Source of the DNA: Octopus sinensis
Lineage: Eukaryota
Length of the DNA: 64,000 nucleotides
Direction of reading: 5' to 3'
Assembly (NCBI RefSeq): GCF_006345805.1
Contig: NC_043019.1
Span: 31,495,360 to 31,559,359 of the forward strand
Shown: positions 38,961 to 54,175 of the stretch, piece after piece
Layout of the letters: every line of letters begins with the position of its first letter
Numbering within the stretch: position 1 is the first letter of the stretch
Made by a program: the position numbers and the translations under genes
The notes under the pieces: model-generated
Seen by the model: only the letters and a program-made list of their open reading frames with translations
Databases searched by the model: none
What the model was told of the DNA's origin: nothing

Positions 38961-39482
38961 TGAAAGCGATATTAAAAAAGAAGTTTCGTGTTAACAAGGT
39001 CGCTCTTGGAATAGCTTCTGTATTTGGAATCATGTAAGAGTCACTGCTGCTGCTGTTGTTTTTATTGTGTTACTTTTGTTGTTGTATTGTTGTTGTTGTT
39101 GTTGTTATAGCCACTGTCTTCTGAATGACTCCTTTGAGTGTTTGGGGCATTTTCTTTTAGTAGTTGCTTCCTCACTGAAGTCGCCCTAAGTGAGAGGAAA
39201 AACAAGACTAGACTATCAAAGAGAAATCAACCATTAAATAAAACCTATGCCATAAACTCCATTTTTCATTTACTTTGATTTCTATTCTAAATCCCTTTGG
39301 GTTTTCTGTTTGATTGAAACTCAAGTTTCCGTGGAAGAAATTCTTCAGTATACAACTTCAGACTATCCACTAAATCATTGAGTGCTTCTTGTGATAAACA
39401 CCTGGATTGTCTAACTCTCTTTGTTTATTTTGCTTATACACAGACATACATACATATATATGGGTGTGTATGTGTGCATATA

Positions 39483-39525
<43 letters not shown>

Positions 39526-39567
39526 TATATATATATTTATACATATACATGCACACATATATATGTA

Positions 39568-39616
<49 letters not shown>

Positions 39617-39641
39617 TGGCTTTTGAATTGTATTGGGTTTG

Positions 39642-39686
<45 letters not shown>

Positions 39687-40116
39687 GTTGTTATTATAAT
39701 TGTTGTTGAAATATTATTATTTTTTATATATAGTTTCTTGATAGTTATTAGTTATGATAGTTATTAGTTATGATATCTATTTATTTAGTATGCTTTATTA
39801 TTTATTTTTATAAAGGGATTTAACGTATTACATATAATTTAATTTGAGAATTTGTCTTGTTAGACAATACATTATTTAATAATTAGGTGGTATATTTATT
39901 ATGTAGCATTACATTTAAGTAAATTAGTTTTATATTAATTGATATTTTGGTCAGCTATATTATTGAGTGAAATATTAAATCTATAGATACTACATATATA
40001 TTAATAATATAGTTAGTTTATATAATGGGTGTGTGTATATTTGAACCATTTCCTATTTTTGATTCCAGTATTTATGGCTTGTACTAGCATTGTGTATATT
40101 ACTTAACATATATATA

Positions 40117-40147
<31 letters not shown>

Positions 40148-40177
40148 GTATGTGTATATATCTATACATATATATAT

Positions 40178-40576
40178 TTGGCATCGAGAGTTACACAAAT
40201 GCCAGAACTGGGCGCCACTGCATAGTGCCAAGGACTCCAAATTTGCCATCAAGATGTAGAACAAGATACTGTGATAGCCTGGGCTTCCGAGGCCCACAGC
40301 TCTTCAATATCCTCCCGAAGAACCTGAGACCTGCATGGGGTGGATGCAGATGTCTTTAAAATGAAACTGGATCTCTTCTTGTCAGGTGTCCCAGATGAAC
40401 CAACTTCACGGCAGGAGGTGCAGAAGAGGGCAGCTGCATTGAACTCTCTCATGCACCAGATGGCATTTGCTAAAAAGCATTTGTGAAGTAAAATCATGTT
40501 GCAACACCAAATGGCGGTGCCCCGGCATGGCCACAGCTTGTGAGCTGAAACTAAATAAAATAAAATGAAATAAAAT
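40178..40576 (+). mobile_element. CR1/L2-clade LINE 3' end
   Basis: RTRYCDSLGFRGPQLFNILPKNLR [frameshift] ...DVFKMKLDLFLSGVPDEP is the typical post-RT C-terminus; short 3' UTR and (TAAAA)n tail. Confidence 0.85.
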
Positions 40577-40626
40577 ATATATATATGCTTTAAAAGGGTG
40601 TATTTATTATTTTATTTATATACATA

Positions 40627-40682
<56 letters not shown>

Positions 40683-41066
40683 TACATATATATACACACA
40701 TATATATATATATATTATATATATATATATATAAAAGTGAGTTTGGAGGGATATATTATCTTGGTGGATATTGTATTGACTCTCACTTAAGTTCCAGTTA
40801 ACAGCTAATCACAATGATCAGTAGTCGCTGCATTGGAAACACGTGTAGGTCATTATAACTTGTATATAGCTATGAAATGAATTTTGTATATGTAAAAGTC
40901 TCTGTACTCTTTATTCTTATTAATATTAATACACACACACACACACACGTGTACATATACATACATATATGCATGCGTATGTGTGTGTATATATCTCTAA
41001 ATCGTAGCCCCTGCTTTGACATTATTTTCCATTCCGTTCATATATTCCTTCATCTTATTATTGTAG

Positions 41067-41155
41067 ATATTCGAATGGCCAGTGGCTCGACCAATTGAAA
41101 GTGAGGAGTGCTTGGATATACATATATTTAATTATAGCAAATACTTGAACAACAG
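41067..41155 (+). CDS. OTOF: Otoferlin-like C2A exon 3: IFEWPVARPIESEECLDIHIFNYSKYLNN(R)
   Basis: Flanked by ttattgtag / gtaagt; 89 nt, phase 0 to 2. Matches otoferlin [30 protein letters not shown] (recalled). Confidence 0.93.
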
Positions 41156-43469
41156 GTAAGTTATATTTGATATTCTGTTTCTTCTTTATCATCATCATCA
41201 TCAACAACATCATTATCATCAGCATCTAATGGTTCCCTTTCCATGTTGGCGTGGGTTGAACAGTTTGACAGAAGCTGGCAAACCAGGAGACTGCACCAGA
41301 TTCTACTCTCTTTACTCTTTTACTTGTTTCAGTCATTTGACTGCGGCCATGCTGGAGCACCGCCTTTAATCGAGCAACTCGACCCCGGGACTTATTCTTT
41401 TGTAAGCCCAGTACTTATTCTATCGGTCTCTTTTGCCGAACCGCTAAGTGACGGGGACATAAACACACCAGCATCGGTTGTCAAGCAATGCTAGGGAACA
41501 AACAGACACACAAACACACACACGCATATATATATATATATACATATATACGACGGGCTTCTTTCAGTTTCCGTCTACCAAATCCACTCACAAGGCTTTG
41601 GTCGGCCCGAGGCTATAGTAGAAGACACTTACCCAAGGTGCCACGCAGTGGGACTGAACCCGGAACCATGTGGTTGGTAGACAAGCTACTTACCACTCAG
41701 CCACTCCTGCACCTACTGTCTGCTTTGACAAAGTTTCTACGGCTGGATGCTCTTCTGATGCCAGCCTTTACCTATTTCCAAGTGAAGCAATATCCCCTCA
41801 TGTCCAGGCATATTTTTCACAGAATATTGAAAATGAATGGCACTGATTGCTCCAGTCATTTGGCTGCGGCCATGCTGGGGCACCGCCTTGAAGGGTTTTA
41901 GTCAAACAAATTGACTGCAGGACTTATATTTTAAGCCTAATAATTATTCTATTGGTATCTTTTGTCTGACTGCTAAGTTACAGGGATGTAAATACATCAG
42001 CGCCTGTCATCAAGCAGTGGTGGGAGACAAACACAACGATACTCGCACATAGATACATACATGTGTTCGTGTGTGTACACAACAGGGGCTTCTTTTAGTT
42101 CTTGTCTACAAAATTCACTCACAAGGCTTTCTTGCTCAAGGTGCCATGCAGTGGAACTGAACCCGGAAACATGTGACTGGGAAGCAAGCTTCTTACCACA
42201 CAGCCACAATTGTGCATATACAGTCTTCTCTCAGTTTCCCTCTACAAAATTGTTTAGGGATCTACCAATTCTTTCATCCACAACACTTGGTGCCTCACTG
42301 TTAAAACAGATAATGTTAGCTCCTTCGTTGAGTCTGGTGGTGCTGATAATGGTGGCAGCGGCAGCAGCAGCAGCAATGGCAATAGTGGTGATGGTAATAG
42401 TGGTGGTAATGATGGTGGCGGTGGTGTTACGGGTGATGGTGGTGTTACGGGTGATGGTGGTGTTACGGGTGATGGTGGTGTTACGGGTGATGGTGGTGGT
42501 GGTGGCAGCAGTGGTGATGGTGGTGGTGGTGGTGGTGGTGGTGGTGGTGCTGATGGTGATAGTGAAGGAAATATTTGTTGCGTAAACCTACAGTTAGTTA
42601 TTCCTTTTGAGCACGCACACACACACACACACACACACAAATACACACGAGCTGATAAGCCGACATGCATATTTAGACAAACATACATGTCCGTATACAC
42701 ATACATATGCATAAATAAATGTAAACTCATACACACACACACACATGCAAACACACACATACAAACACATTGAAGCATTCACACATATTGACATACATGC
42801 AAACACATGCACATTCACACACACATATACACATGCTTGTATGTGTGTGTATATATATATGTGTGTGTGTGTGTGTGCGTATATATATTTATATATATAT
42901 ATATACATACACACACATGTACACATAAATATGAACACGCGCACACATACACACACATTTACACAGAGTGGTAGCATATTGATCTCTTCGAAAATCAAAT
43001 TTTTGAAAAATCAGAGTAAATTTTTTTTACAATTTCTTTTTTTTTTTTTACATACATTAAAAATAATTTTTTTTTTTATTTCGTTTTAAAACTATTTTGC
43101 TAGAGACAACTTTATATAACCACTGAAGCATAACAATCAATCATGCGGAGAGAGAGAGATGTGATATAGATTGAGTCCTTCTTCCGCTTGTTATCATAAC
43201 CAGCTAACCACCCACCATCAGAAACAAGGGAGCCCCAAGCTGGTCTAATGACATGCTAGAAACAGCAGCCAAAGTTTCTTAACTTACAATAAAGAAAAGG
43301 ATGTATTAAATAATGAGGGCCTGATTTGTCCACACATAGGTTAAAATCAAATGGGATGGTCGCAGCTGGAATGCCTTTGGCCATGTGTTTGCTTGATTAG
43401 TGTTGGCATGGGGGTTCAGTAATATCAACTTGCTTACATCTCTGTTACGTACCCATGTTATAACTATCT

Positions 43470-44560
43470 GGCTGCCTACCAACCAACCTATCTGCCTACC
43501 AACCAACCTATCTGCCTACCAACCAACCTATCTACCTACCTACATTCATATCCACCTACCTACCTATGCACCTACCTAATTCATACCTTCCCACCCACTC
43601 ACCTACCTATCTGCCTAATGAGTTTGCTAACTATCTACCTAGCTTTTGTTTTTTTCCTACATACCTAATTGCCCACCTTATACATACATAGCTTGATAAC
43701 CTCTTACCTAGTTACTTGTTTACCTCCCTATCTATCTACCTACATCATACCCACTTACCTACCTATGTTCATGCCCACCTACCTATATGCATATCTACCA
43801 ACTTACCTATGTATTGACATGTCTACCTTCCTACATTTATACCTACCTACCTACCTACTTACCTACCTGACTTTCTACATAATTACCTTTTTTGCCATAA
43901 TTACCTACCCATGACATACATACTTTGTTAACTAATTACCTAGCTACTTGTCTACTTACCTGCCAACCTACCTACCTAACTACCTACCTACTTTTCTGCC
44001 TACCTACCACCTACCTGCCTTCGTACACACCTACCTATCAAATTAACCACCTACCTTCTTACTGATGAACCTATTAATTTTATACATACCTACCTTAATA
44101 ACTACATAGCTAACTATTTGTCAGCATATGTAACCACCTATTTTCCTACTTACCTATATAACTTACCTATATATCTATCTACCTACTAACCTGCCTATTT
44201 TGCTGACTTCACCTGCATATTGAAATACCTGCATACCTGCCTCATATACACCTACTACATTACCTACCAAAGTTGCTACTGACTTTCCTACATACATACA
44301 TACATACATACATACATACATACATACTTGCTTTCCTACCTACCAACCTACCTACCTACGTAACCATTTTAATACCTTCCTGCCTTCCTACTTGCTTTTT
44401 TACCCCTGTCTCTACCTACCTGCCTACCTATCCATCTACCTGCCTACCTCATTAAACACCTTCCTATGTACTTACCTCCATACTTTACCTCTGTACTTAC
44501 CTACACATCTTATACATACCTATTGAACTACCTGCCTAGTTACTCACATAACTAATTTAC
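43470..44560. repeat. Degenerate (CTAC)n satellite-like tract (~1.1 kb)
   Basis: Continuous decayed acct/acctac units. Confidence 0.85.
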
Positions 44561-45378
44561 TACACACACACACGCACATACAATATATACACAAATACAC
44601 ATACATCACAAACACACATACATACATACATGCATCACATACAAATATATACACATACATATATACATATACAAAAGCATCATTCACATATACTGACATA
44701 TACATGCATCACGCAAATATATATATATGCACATACATATACCTGAGCATCACTCACACACACATACACATGCATTACAGACACACATACACATATACAC
44801 TCACACACCATGTCCTACCTTACCACCTCCCACACATCCAACGTCATAATCATACACAAATGAATTTGTACATTGTTTCTCAATTTGCTAGAAATAGCAG
44901 CTAAGTTTCTCTCTATAAAAAAAATCATACTTTGCTGTTTTAAAAACTGGGACATATAGTATCTAGGCTATCTTGGATGATGTAGTCCCAGATACACTTT
45001 GCCATCATAAAATGATGACAGGATTATCAGGGTTTTACTTGGTTTCCTTTGTAGGTTGACTCTTGATCAGGGATGACCTATGCTAATCAAAGACAATAAC
45101 AACAAGCTCACTACATCACAAGTTCCAGCCTCCACCATCAATACTATCTCCCAATACTACTACTACTAATACAGATGCTGCCACCACCACCACCACTGCC
45201 ATTGCCACCACCAGCTCATCTTCCAGCAACGTACACGCATCCATCACCATTGCCAACATCACCATTACCATCTCCACAGCCTACACTCCTCTGTTCCTAA
45301 CATACATTCTGTCTGATACTATCTGATTGTCAATCAACACTAATGCATCTGCTAGATCTTTAATACACATGTATGTAT

Positions 45379-45471
<93 letters not shown>

Positions 45472-48039
45472 TATACACACATATACATATGTACATACAT
45501 GTATATCTATTTATATAAATGTATGTATACATGCATATATTTAGGTATATCTATGTGTATATACACATTTACATATGTACATACATACGTATACAACTAT
45601 ATATAGACTCATGTATATATGTATATCTGTGTGTGTATATGTGTGTGTGTATGTTAATGTATGCATATATATATATATATATATACATGTGTGTGTGTGT
45701 GTAGATAATCATCAATAGATGTCAATTGACACACAATATTGATCTCTCATCATTACTAGTACATGACTTTCAGTCTCACTCAGTGTGTGTGTGTATGTGT
45801 AATTGTTTGTCTTTGTATCCTTGCATACATGTATATGTGTATGCATGCATATGTATGTGTATGTAGTGTTAAAGGTATTTTTATATGCATAGCATTAACT
45901 GAATCAAGGATTCATTACAAGTATTGAGTCTCTAATATCCGTAATAAGTTAACTGATAGGGACTTCGAAGTCCCACATAGAGTATGGCTTATTCAAACTG
46001 GCAAAACTTGAGAGTCATTGTCAAGAAAAATATATATGTATTTGTTCCTGCAACTTAGTGGTTTGGCAAAAGAGACTGATAGAATAAGTACTGGGTTTAT
46101 AAGATGAATACTGGGTCAATCTTTTGATTAAAATCCCTTCAAGATGGTACCCCAGGATGGCTCCAGTCCAATGACTGAAACCAGTACAAATGAAAAAAAT
46201 AATAAAATAACTAAATAAGTATATATCATCATCATCATCATTTAATGTCTGTTTTCCATGCTGGCATGGGTTGGACGGTTTGACAGGAGCTGGTAAAGCT
46301 AGGATTCATACCATGCTCCGGTTGTCTGTTTTGGCATAGTTTCTGCAGCTTGATGCCCTTCCTAATGCCAACCACTTTATAGAGTGGACTGGGTATCCTT
46401 TCCATGTCACCAGCACCAGTGTTCTTATATATAGAAATACATTATTCTTTAGCAAGAATAGTATGGACAGTGACTTTGAAGTTTTGGCCAGCTAAGCCAT
46501 CTGATATATATATATATATAAATGGAAAGTGGATGTTAAATGATGATGATGATGATGATGATACACACGCACATACACACACAAATAAACATACATACAC
46601 ACTTCGAAGTTTTGGGCCACTAAGTTATCTGATATATAAACCAGGGCTGGTTTCCTGGTTTCATGGCGTATATATTCCCCATCTGGACGGGATGCCAGTC
46701 CGTTGCAGGATTACTCATTTTTGCCAGCTGAGTGAACTGGAGCAATGTGAAATGAAGTGTTTTGCTCAAGAACACAGCACATTGCCCAGTCCAGGAATTG
46801 AAACCACAATCTTGCAATCATGAATACAACACCCTAACCATTAAGCCACACACCTCCACCATTATAGAAGAGGATCAATATAAGTGGAAATTCTATTAAG
46901 AAGCATAACACTTGTAGATTTTTTGAGGCTGGAGGAGAGAGTGTAATTCCTTTGTAGTTCTGTGGCAGATGAAGATCATTTTCTTTTGAAGTGGAATGAC
47001 CGAAGATTTTGAAATGACTGTTCGTTTGTCTCCTTAATAGGTTTCCTAACAGAAATCCAACAAATGTTTGTGGAAATAAAAACCCTCTCTAAGATAATGA
47101 CTTGGACATTGCCTGGGACTCATGCTTTGATGTTTATTAGCCATTTTAAACATTTAAAACTTCTTTTTGGATAAAGAAGATAGTCTTGATTTGCTACAAT
47201 CAATTTAACTCTTGCACCAAACTTTTTCTTGATTTCTAAAGATTTTTTAAAGTTATTATAGTTTTCCAATATACGTTGTCTGTCATTGCTATTTACTTCT
47301 TGGCCATCTCTAATCAAGTTGACCTAAGATCGAAGACATTCTAGTCATGACCATACCACCTTTTTTAGGGTTATCTTTTATCTTTTACTTTTAACTTATT
47401 TTAGTTATTGGAATGTGGCCCTGCTGGGGCACCAACTTGACGAATTTTAGATGCATGAATTGGCCCTGATATTTATATTATTTTAGTACTTATTCTGTTG
47501 CTTTCTAATGCTGAGCTACTAAGTTAGGGAAATGTAAACAAATCAACACTGGCTGTCAAGTGGTGGTGGGCGACAAACACTAAGACACACACACACACAC
47601 AGGTATATGCACAAAGACACATGTACACATACAAACACATAAAACACATGCACATATATACATACACACACATAAATATGTGTGTATGTATGTGTACATG
47701 TGTGTGTATAGACAAAAAGTTTTTTGTCTATAAAAGATTATATAAAATATAATCATTGGACAGTTTCACAAATTTGTGTGTCATCTTTGCATATTATCTA
47801 GGACTATGTTGTCTCATGTGTCAGCTTCTTTTCAATGTGGTAGGATATAACTTGAGGAGGATTTGACTTCTCTTTCTACCAAGTGGAGCAACTATGAAAT
47901 GATTTATGCTAACATCATTTTAATAGTGTGTGTGTGTGAAAATCAATTTTGGTGATTGTTCAATTTTGGTGGTTAAAGGATTCTTTAATTATATCATATT
48001 AACCTTTTGGAAACAGAGCCTCATTTGGAGTTTCATTAC

Positions 48040-48522
48040 CTCATTACCAAGAAGACGAAGCCCTTTTCACAAACCCCACCGTGAGCATGCACTTCCTGTA
48101 TAAGTTTTTATCGAATATGGTTCTTTTCCATACCGAAACTACTTGGTACCAGAGCAAGAGAACAGAGGCGGGTGGGAGGAAGTAGGTGTGAGAGGAAGAG
48201 GGGAGAGAAGAGAAGGGTTAGATGAAGAGGGGAGGAGAGTTGAGCCCATGTGGCACAAAGGAGCGAAGAGTGAAGATTAATCCCTGCTCATGGCGAAGAC
48301 AGGAGTTCAGATGGCCCCTGTGCAAGGACAATCCAAACACAGGCAGGTGTTGTAAAGAGTAACCGGTAGAGCAGAAATGGTGTTAGACTGAGATGTCATT
48401 GCTGAGACGGATGTCTTGGAGGTCCACGAACTGGTCAGACAAGCGGCGTCCCATTTGACCGATGTATAGAGAAGGACAGAGAGAGCAGGAGATGCAGTAG
48501 ATGATGTTGCTAGAAGTGCAAT
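48040..48522 (-). pseudogene. Second Penelope-like element relic (GIY-YIG 3' end, Neptune/Poseidon-like)
   Basis: Minus strand reads CTSSNIIYCISCSLCPSLYIGQMGRRLSDQF...V*HHFCSTG...LIFTLRSFVPHGLN: IIY/YIG motifs, CxxC and terminal PxGLN, with one in-frame stop. It abuts (CA)n. Confidence 0.85.
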
Positions 48523-48531
48523 ACGTACATG

Positions 48532-48573
<42 letters not shown>

Positions 48574-48672
48574 GGGATTGCAATAAGTCACATTATCCAT
48601 TTGTGCTTATTATTATTAAAACTGGGTAAAGCAACTTATGGCCATCCCTGTATATAAACACACACACACACA

Positions 48673-48718
<46 letters not shown>

Positions 48719-49059
48719 AAAATAATACCGAGGGAGATTTTCTGGATCTTCCTAGCACTAATCTCTCAACAACCAACAAGTTACCCACTGTGTGGCTTCT
48801 CAGCATGTTAGAAATAACAGACAAAGCTTCATCAACTGACACTGTATTGTATTAAAAGGAAAAATGACACATTGGAAAATATAGTTCTAGATCAATGTTT
48901 CACAAGCTTGTATTAGTCTGGCTCTTCTGTTGATGACAAGTCAAATTGATCAGCATGATGCTTCTGTGAATGTGTTATATAGAGAGGTATTTAAAAGCAG
49001 GTGGAATTTATTTACAATTCCCAGCATATAAACTGTTCTCTTGCAACTATGACTAGAAA

Positions 49060-49490
49060 GGAAGTAAAGAAAGAAGGAAGGAGGGAAAGAATGGATGAAA
49101 GAAAGAATGAAAGAAAAAAAAGGAAGAAAGACAAAATAGAATGAAAGCAAGAAGAAAAGTAAGAATGGAAGAGAAATGAAAGAAAGCAAGAAAGAAAGAA
49201 AGGAATGAAAGAATGAAAAAAGAAAGCTAGAAAGAAAGAAAGGAATGAAAGAATGAAAAAAGAAAGAAAAATAGATAGAATGAAAGATAGGAAGAATGAA
49301 AGAATGAAAGCAAGAAGAAAAGAAGGGAAGAAAGAAAAAGAGAGAGGGAAAGAAGGAAAGAAAGAATCAAAGAAAAAAGAGAGAGCAAAAGAGAAAAAGA
49401 ATGAAAAAAAGTAAGAAAGAAATACAGAACAAAATAATAAAGAAGAGAAAGAATAAAGGAAAGAGCAGAAGCAATAAAGAAGTAAAAACA
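49060..49490. repeat. GAAA-rich degenerate repeat
   Basis: Purine-rich simple repeat; source of the F/S/L-rich minus-strand ORFs. Confidence 0.9.
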
Positions 49491-50233
49491 GGGCCACTGT
49501 GAGCTGGAATGAAATATCAGTGAACAAATGCCTGTCTGCTCTATCACGGCTGACCTGGGGCTAATGCAAGAACATATGTTGTTTATTACTCAAATCGTGA
49601 AATAAGACCTGTGCACTATTATAAAGTAAGGCATATGAGATAATGTGAAGGAAATATTTCTGTCTTGCAATGCATCCATGCAGTTCTTAGATCATATAAC
49701 AAATAACTGGTACAATACAATAGCTTTACTGCCTCGCCCATCCCTGCTTTCATACGCTACCTGTTGAAACTGATCGACTCCCACATGAGACATATATATT
49801 GCCAGCAGCCACACTGTTTCAATTAAGTTTCTTATATCAAAATCTGCAGCGTCAGAATACCAGGAATGATACTATTGACATATAAACCAGGCTTACTTTG
49901 TGTGGAGAAGATGTTTTGTAGACGTGGAACACTGTCTAGGAACATACATATAAGTGTGTGTGTGTGTTTGTGTGGGTGGGTGTGCATGTATGTATGTGTG
50001 CTTGAGTATTTGTGAGTGCTTAGTTTAAGTATACACACACATACATATACATATATATATATGTATATATGTATATATATATATATATATATAAAGATAA
50101 ATTAAATATAGAGATATGCTATTTATATAGCAAAAATTGAATTATACCAATATTTATATGGTATCCAACTGACGTACTAGTGAATTGGATGTTTGACACG
50201 CTCCTTTGAAGCATATCTTTTCCTCAGTTTGTT

Positions 50234-50282
<49 letters not shown>

Positions 50283-51119
50283 GTTTAAATATTTGTTGTG
50301 CAAGATTTTTTATGTGAAGTCGTGTGTTGAAACAGATATTGTTATATTTCGGAATGGTCATATTGCCAGTTTAGCCAATAAAAACACACGCACTATATAT
50401 TTGGTGTTATTTTGCTTCAGTGATATTTATTTTTTACATTAATCTTAATCTTATTTCGGCCAGAGTTCTTTCGTCACACTCCTGTGACCGCATCAGTGGT
50501 CCTTTGTTTTCTTCTCACTTATTTGTGTGTCTCTCCTTACTAACCGTCAGCCATTTTGTATTTCTATTGTATGTGTCTTCATTTGCGCATGCTTATATCT
50601 CTATGTGCGTCTATGTATGTATGTTTATATGTATGTGTATGTGTGTTTTTGTGTGCATATAAATATATCTATGAATGTAGATATATATATGTATGTATAT
50701 GTGTGTGTGTGTGTGTGTGTATATATATAACAGATGATAGAAACAGAAAATGGAACATGTGAGAAACTTTATTGCTCACAACGATTGTTTCAATGCCTGC
50801 TGCATTAATCTCTCATGGTTGTGATACTGTGCAACTGGTTGTGGAGCATCCCTCGGTGCAGACGCACCTCCCCAGGCGATGTTATGAGGGGTCTCTTATT
50901 AAATAAACTCTGTTTCGATTTTAATACAGCATCATATTGTTAGTGACACTAGGTTTAAGCCGTTAAGCAGGAATAGTAAGGGGCAAATTCGAGTGCGAGG
51001 AATTTCCAATGTAGACCAAGCAATAATTGTATTAACACCATGGATGACATCAGGTAGCTATAAGCAGTGAATTACTACTAGGAACATACCCAATGCTTAA
51101 ATATTTACTTTTATATATA

Positions 51120-51161
<42 letters not shown>

Positions 51162-51170
51162 ATATATAAA

Positions 51171-51381
51171 GTTAATCCAAACAAGAAAGCACAAAAAAAC
51201 ACAACAATGCGAGGATGTGGAACAAATATAGTACTATTGGACGGTCAGGAAAGAAGGAAAGAAGGAGGGTTTAATGTTTCGAGCGGAGCTCTTGTCAGAA
51301 ACATAGGAGAAGGAAAGATCCAGAGAAGGGAAGAGAGAGGAAAAAAATCGCCAACGGTACACACGAGGTCACATTTTGAAA

Positions 51382-51384
<3 letters not shown>
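51171..51384 (-). mobile_element. PLE 3' tail with decayed hammerhead (CTGACAAGAGC-tcc-GCTC-GAAACATT)
   Basis: Homolog of 14924-15134; flanked by (TA)n on both sides. Confidence 0.65.
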
Positions 51385-51429
<45 letters not shown>

Positions 51430-54175
51430 CATCATTCAATGTCCATTGTCAATGCTGGTATGGGTTGGACGGTTTGACTGGGGTTGGCATGCTGGAAGGT
51501 TGCACCAGACTCCAAGCTGATTTGGCATAGTTTTCTACAGCTGGATGGCCTTCCTAATGCCAACCAGTCTGAGAGTATAATGGGTGCTTTTACGTGCCAT
51601 CAGCAATGGTGCTATGTGCGTGACACCAGTATCTGCCATGACTGCAATTTTGCATGACTTGATGGGTCTTCTTCTCAAGCACAAGACCTCCTTCAGTCAT
51701 GAATGACCATGGGATTGCATCTAGGATGTTAACCTCTGAGGCACAAGTCTCAACAAGGTTGTGTATGGAAGACCAGCAATTACTCATGCATACCAGTCTC
51801 CTCTCTCCGTGCCTCTAATATCATCCAAGTGAAAGGATAAAGGCTGATACAGTTTGGCACCAGTGGCACCGCAACTCATTTCTACAACTGAATGAACTGG
51901 AGCATTGTGAAGTACAGAGTCTTGCTCAAGAACACAACACCCAGTCCAGTCCAGGAATTTATATATGTATATGTGGTTGGTAAGCAAGCTACTTACCACA
52001 CAGTCACTCCTAAACATACATACATACACATATATGAGGGGATGGTGAAAAGTTCTTGGCTTTAAGGGTATCATGAAAGGCTTCATTGAAGGCCCAATCT
52101 TCCGAGTTCTTTTGCAAGGTTTAGAAAAACTGAAGAATTGCTGTCAAAAATGTGTGAATTTGAGAGGGTAATATGCTGAATAAAATCATAATTAATTGAT
52201 CCTCTTGCATTTTCTTTTACCCAAAGCCAGGAACTTTTCAGCACGCCCTCATACAGCACACATTACATGACACACTCCATACACAACATTCAGAAAATAG
52301 CACTACTAGGTACTGCACCACTACAAAGTGCTGTAGTATTGCAAAGCGCTGCACACATACTGCATAGAATATTCTCAGTAGAATAGAAAATACAGAAGCA
52401 ATACTAAAAACACTGCACTCCCTTGGGTATTGAACAGGACTGTGTTCAACAGTACAATGAAAGTATACAATAAAAGTTTGTGACTACTGAATGAAAATAA
52501 TAACAACAACAACAGCAACAATAATAACGATGATGATGAGGAGGGGGAGAAGGGGAGGGAAGAGGAGGAGGATTATGAGATTATGATGCCAGTGGTGGTG
52601 ATTTATAGTGTGCACAGAGACACAAATTCGAAGTAAAAAGGCACGGTCACGTACATCGAAGCTAATACATATTCGGTTATTATTTTATCATCGACTTCAG
52701 ACAAGTATGAAATGCATTCATTTTTATCGACCTCAGATGGATAAAAATGCATTTATTTTATCGACCTCTAAAAGGATGAAAAGCAATTTCTACCAACCCC
52801 CGTCAGGAACTGAATTAAGAGCATACACAGATAATTATAAATATTCAAAGGGTTTATCATTACTCTTTGATATCAAGCATTTCATTACTTGCCTTTGCTG
52901 TTTAACATATAGATTGATTCTCTATTAACACAGTATAGAGAAAGTGTTCATCTATTAATTGGATTTGTGAGAAAATTAGCTGTTTGGTTTTATGATCGGT
53001 ACAATATATTTTAATACATAAATGTCAAAACTGCATTTCTGATATCACAACCTTATTATTATTAGTTTTGCTTCTATCTTGTGAATTCTACTTTCTGTTT
53101 ATCGCCAAGTTCATTAGGGTCGTTTATTTTTCCTTACATGAGACTCTGAGTACTTCTCTGTGATGTTTCTCTTGTCCTTATTAAATCTAAATTCCCCACC
53201 ACCATCACCACCACACTTGTCATTGGTTGTTGTTATGTAACCACCAGGTCAGTCATCAGTTCTAATTGGGCACACTTTTACGATCTGAAGCATTGCAGCA
53301 GTGACCATCCCACCTCATGTCCTTATGGTCAAGCATAATGTATGCAATGATTATATCATCTGAGTCATTTTGTAAATATTTGACCAACTTTACACTTTTA
53401 CTCTTTTACTTGTTTCAGTCATGTGACTGTGGCTATGCTGCAGCACTGCCTTAAGTCAAGCAAATCGACCCCAGGACTTACTCTTTGTAAGCCTAGTACT
53501 TATTATATCGGTCTCTTTTGCCGAACCACTAAGTTACAAGGACGTAAACACACCAGCATCAGTTGTCAAGCGATGTTGGGGGGACAAACACAGACACACA
53601 AGCATATACACACACGTACATACATATATATACACATATACGACAGGCTTCTTTCAGTTTCCATCTACCAAATCCACTCACAAGGCTTTGGTTGGCCCGA
53701 GGCTATAATAGAAGACACTTACCCAAGATGCCATGCAGTGGGACTGAACCCAGAACCATGTGGTTGGTAAGCAAGCTACTTGCCACACAGCCACTCCTAA
53801 CTTCCTTTTGTCCTTCCTCTCTTCCTCCTGCCACCCCCACCATCCCCATCATGGGGGCCCTGAAAAGGAGTTATATGCACTGACTTTCTTCCACTAAAAA
53901 AGGTCATTTACAAAAAACATCATCATCATCATCATCATCTTTTAAAGTCAAGTCCCCATGGGCTGAATAGTTTGACAGCAGATGGCATACCAAACAGCTT
54001 CACCAGACTCCAGTTGTCAGTTTTGGCATGGTTTCTATGGCTGGATGCCCCTCACTGACACTAACCCCTTTACAGAGTGTACTGAGCACTTTTTATGTGC
54101 CACTGGCACATAAATGTCTCAAAGGGCATGTAGTATTCAGTGAGACTTGACTGTTGTTTTTTGCAGGTTGAGCAA

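Noticed and set aside
42254-42778. Proline-rich / extensin-like ORF
   Set aside because: Derived from a degenerate (GGT)n tract with an 18-bp subrepeat; no splice or homology support.
47120-47317. 65-aa Lys-rich minus-strand ORF
   Set aside because: Short, AT-driven composition with no motif I can identify.
50440-50510. Minus-strand hammerhead-like motif CTGATGCGGTCAC...GTGACGAAA
   Set aside because: The core has C in place of the conserved A and I could not build valid stem I/III or an NUH site. At most a decayed relic.
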